Positions 63,113 through 64,000 of a stretch of DNA of 64,000 bases are shown in pieces; position 1 is the stretch's first letter; each line of letters starts with the position of its first letter. A model generated the notes under the pieces. That model did no database searches. It was given only the letters and a program-made list of their open reading frames with translations, and was not told the DNA's origin. This DNA is from Lama guanicoe (lineage: Eukaryota), in assembly GCA_013239625.1 (NCBI GenBank), contig MU054037.1, forward strand, positions 374,001 through 438,000. The letters are read 5' to 3'. A program made the position numbers and the translations under genes.

Positions 63113-64000
63113 TAGTTTGAGAAGTTAAATTTTTCCAAGCCATGATTTCCTCATATATGAAATGAAGATAAATGGCCCTCTCCTAGAGCTGTTGTGAGAG
63201 GATTCACTGAAACGCTCAATATGACACATGGCATCTGGTTGATGCTTAGTGGACAGGAGACGCCAGCGTTACCATTGCCTTCAAGGCGCACAGCACGCTT
63301 ATTCTGAGCACGGTTAGGCTGTGCAGAGATACTGTTCTTCTAGGAATTCACACGCTCTCTTTACATATGCACATTCTCTGGCTGGCTGAAGTTATTAAAG
63401 TTACTAATTTTATTGAGGATTGAAGGAAGTGAGTACACGCCTTGGGAAAAGATGAGCTCCCTTATAGAAAAGAGAAACGCCGGAAGCAACATGATTTCCC
63501 TCCATCAGGAGACCAATAATTAAGCCATTATATGTGTGTACAATAGAGCATCCTGCAGTGGCCATTGAGCTGTGCGACGCTGTTAAAAATGTAGACTGGT
63601 ATTTCTTGATAAAGGAGGAGATTCACTCTGTTATTAAGTATGAAAAAGTAGGTTGGAAAAGGGAACACAGTGCCTATTCAGTTTTCCTAAGGAAAAAGTA
63701 TGTGCAAATCTAATTCTCATGGAATTATCTATACCAAAATATGGACAGTGGTTACTCCCAAATGATAATATCATGAGTAATGATTATGTTCTGCCTTATG
63801 GTTGTGTTTTAACTTTTCTGTAATGATACAGGAAAAAATAGTCATTCGTAAAAAGAGAAAGAACCCCCAAAACCTTTCCCTTTGAGAAGATTGGATATCT
63901 GTCTATTTTGCCTTAGATAAATCCGAAACCCTACATTTGCCTGTTAGCTTTGGGGAATGAATTTGACCTTCTCCTTTATCAAAATATTTAAAGACCGAGC

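Overview
This is mammalian genomic DNA, not prokaryotic. Three copies of a tRNA-derived SINE resembling camelid Vic-1 point to a camelid (camel, alpaca or llama). The whole window lies inside one + strand gene, SORBS1 (CAP/ponsin, sorbin and SH3 domain-containing 1); its start and end are outside the window. I traced 22 internal coding exons with consistent reading phase. They run from the proline-rich N-terminal region through the SoHo domain to SH3-1 and the start of SH3-2. Two are large frame-preserving cassette exons that I do not recall in the canonical human protein: a 723-nt exon with a GC donor, and a 1461-nt CpG-rich exon resembling the large SORBS2/nArgBP2 insert. Introns contain SINEs, L1 3' ends, MIRs, DNA-transposon MITEs, microsatellites and two strong CTCF-like motifs. 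Almost all short ORFs in the track are intronic noise. I found no novel multi-gene system. The most interesting signals are protein-level ones visible in the exons: repeated SoHo-like segments, two Lifeact-like motifs in the giant exon and triplicated YxPxYxF mini-exons. Gene, family and human comparisons are from memory, not database searches, and exon numbers are local to this window.
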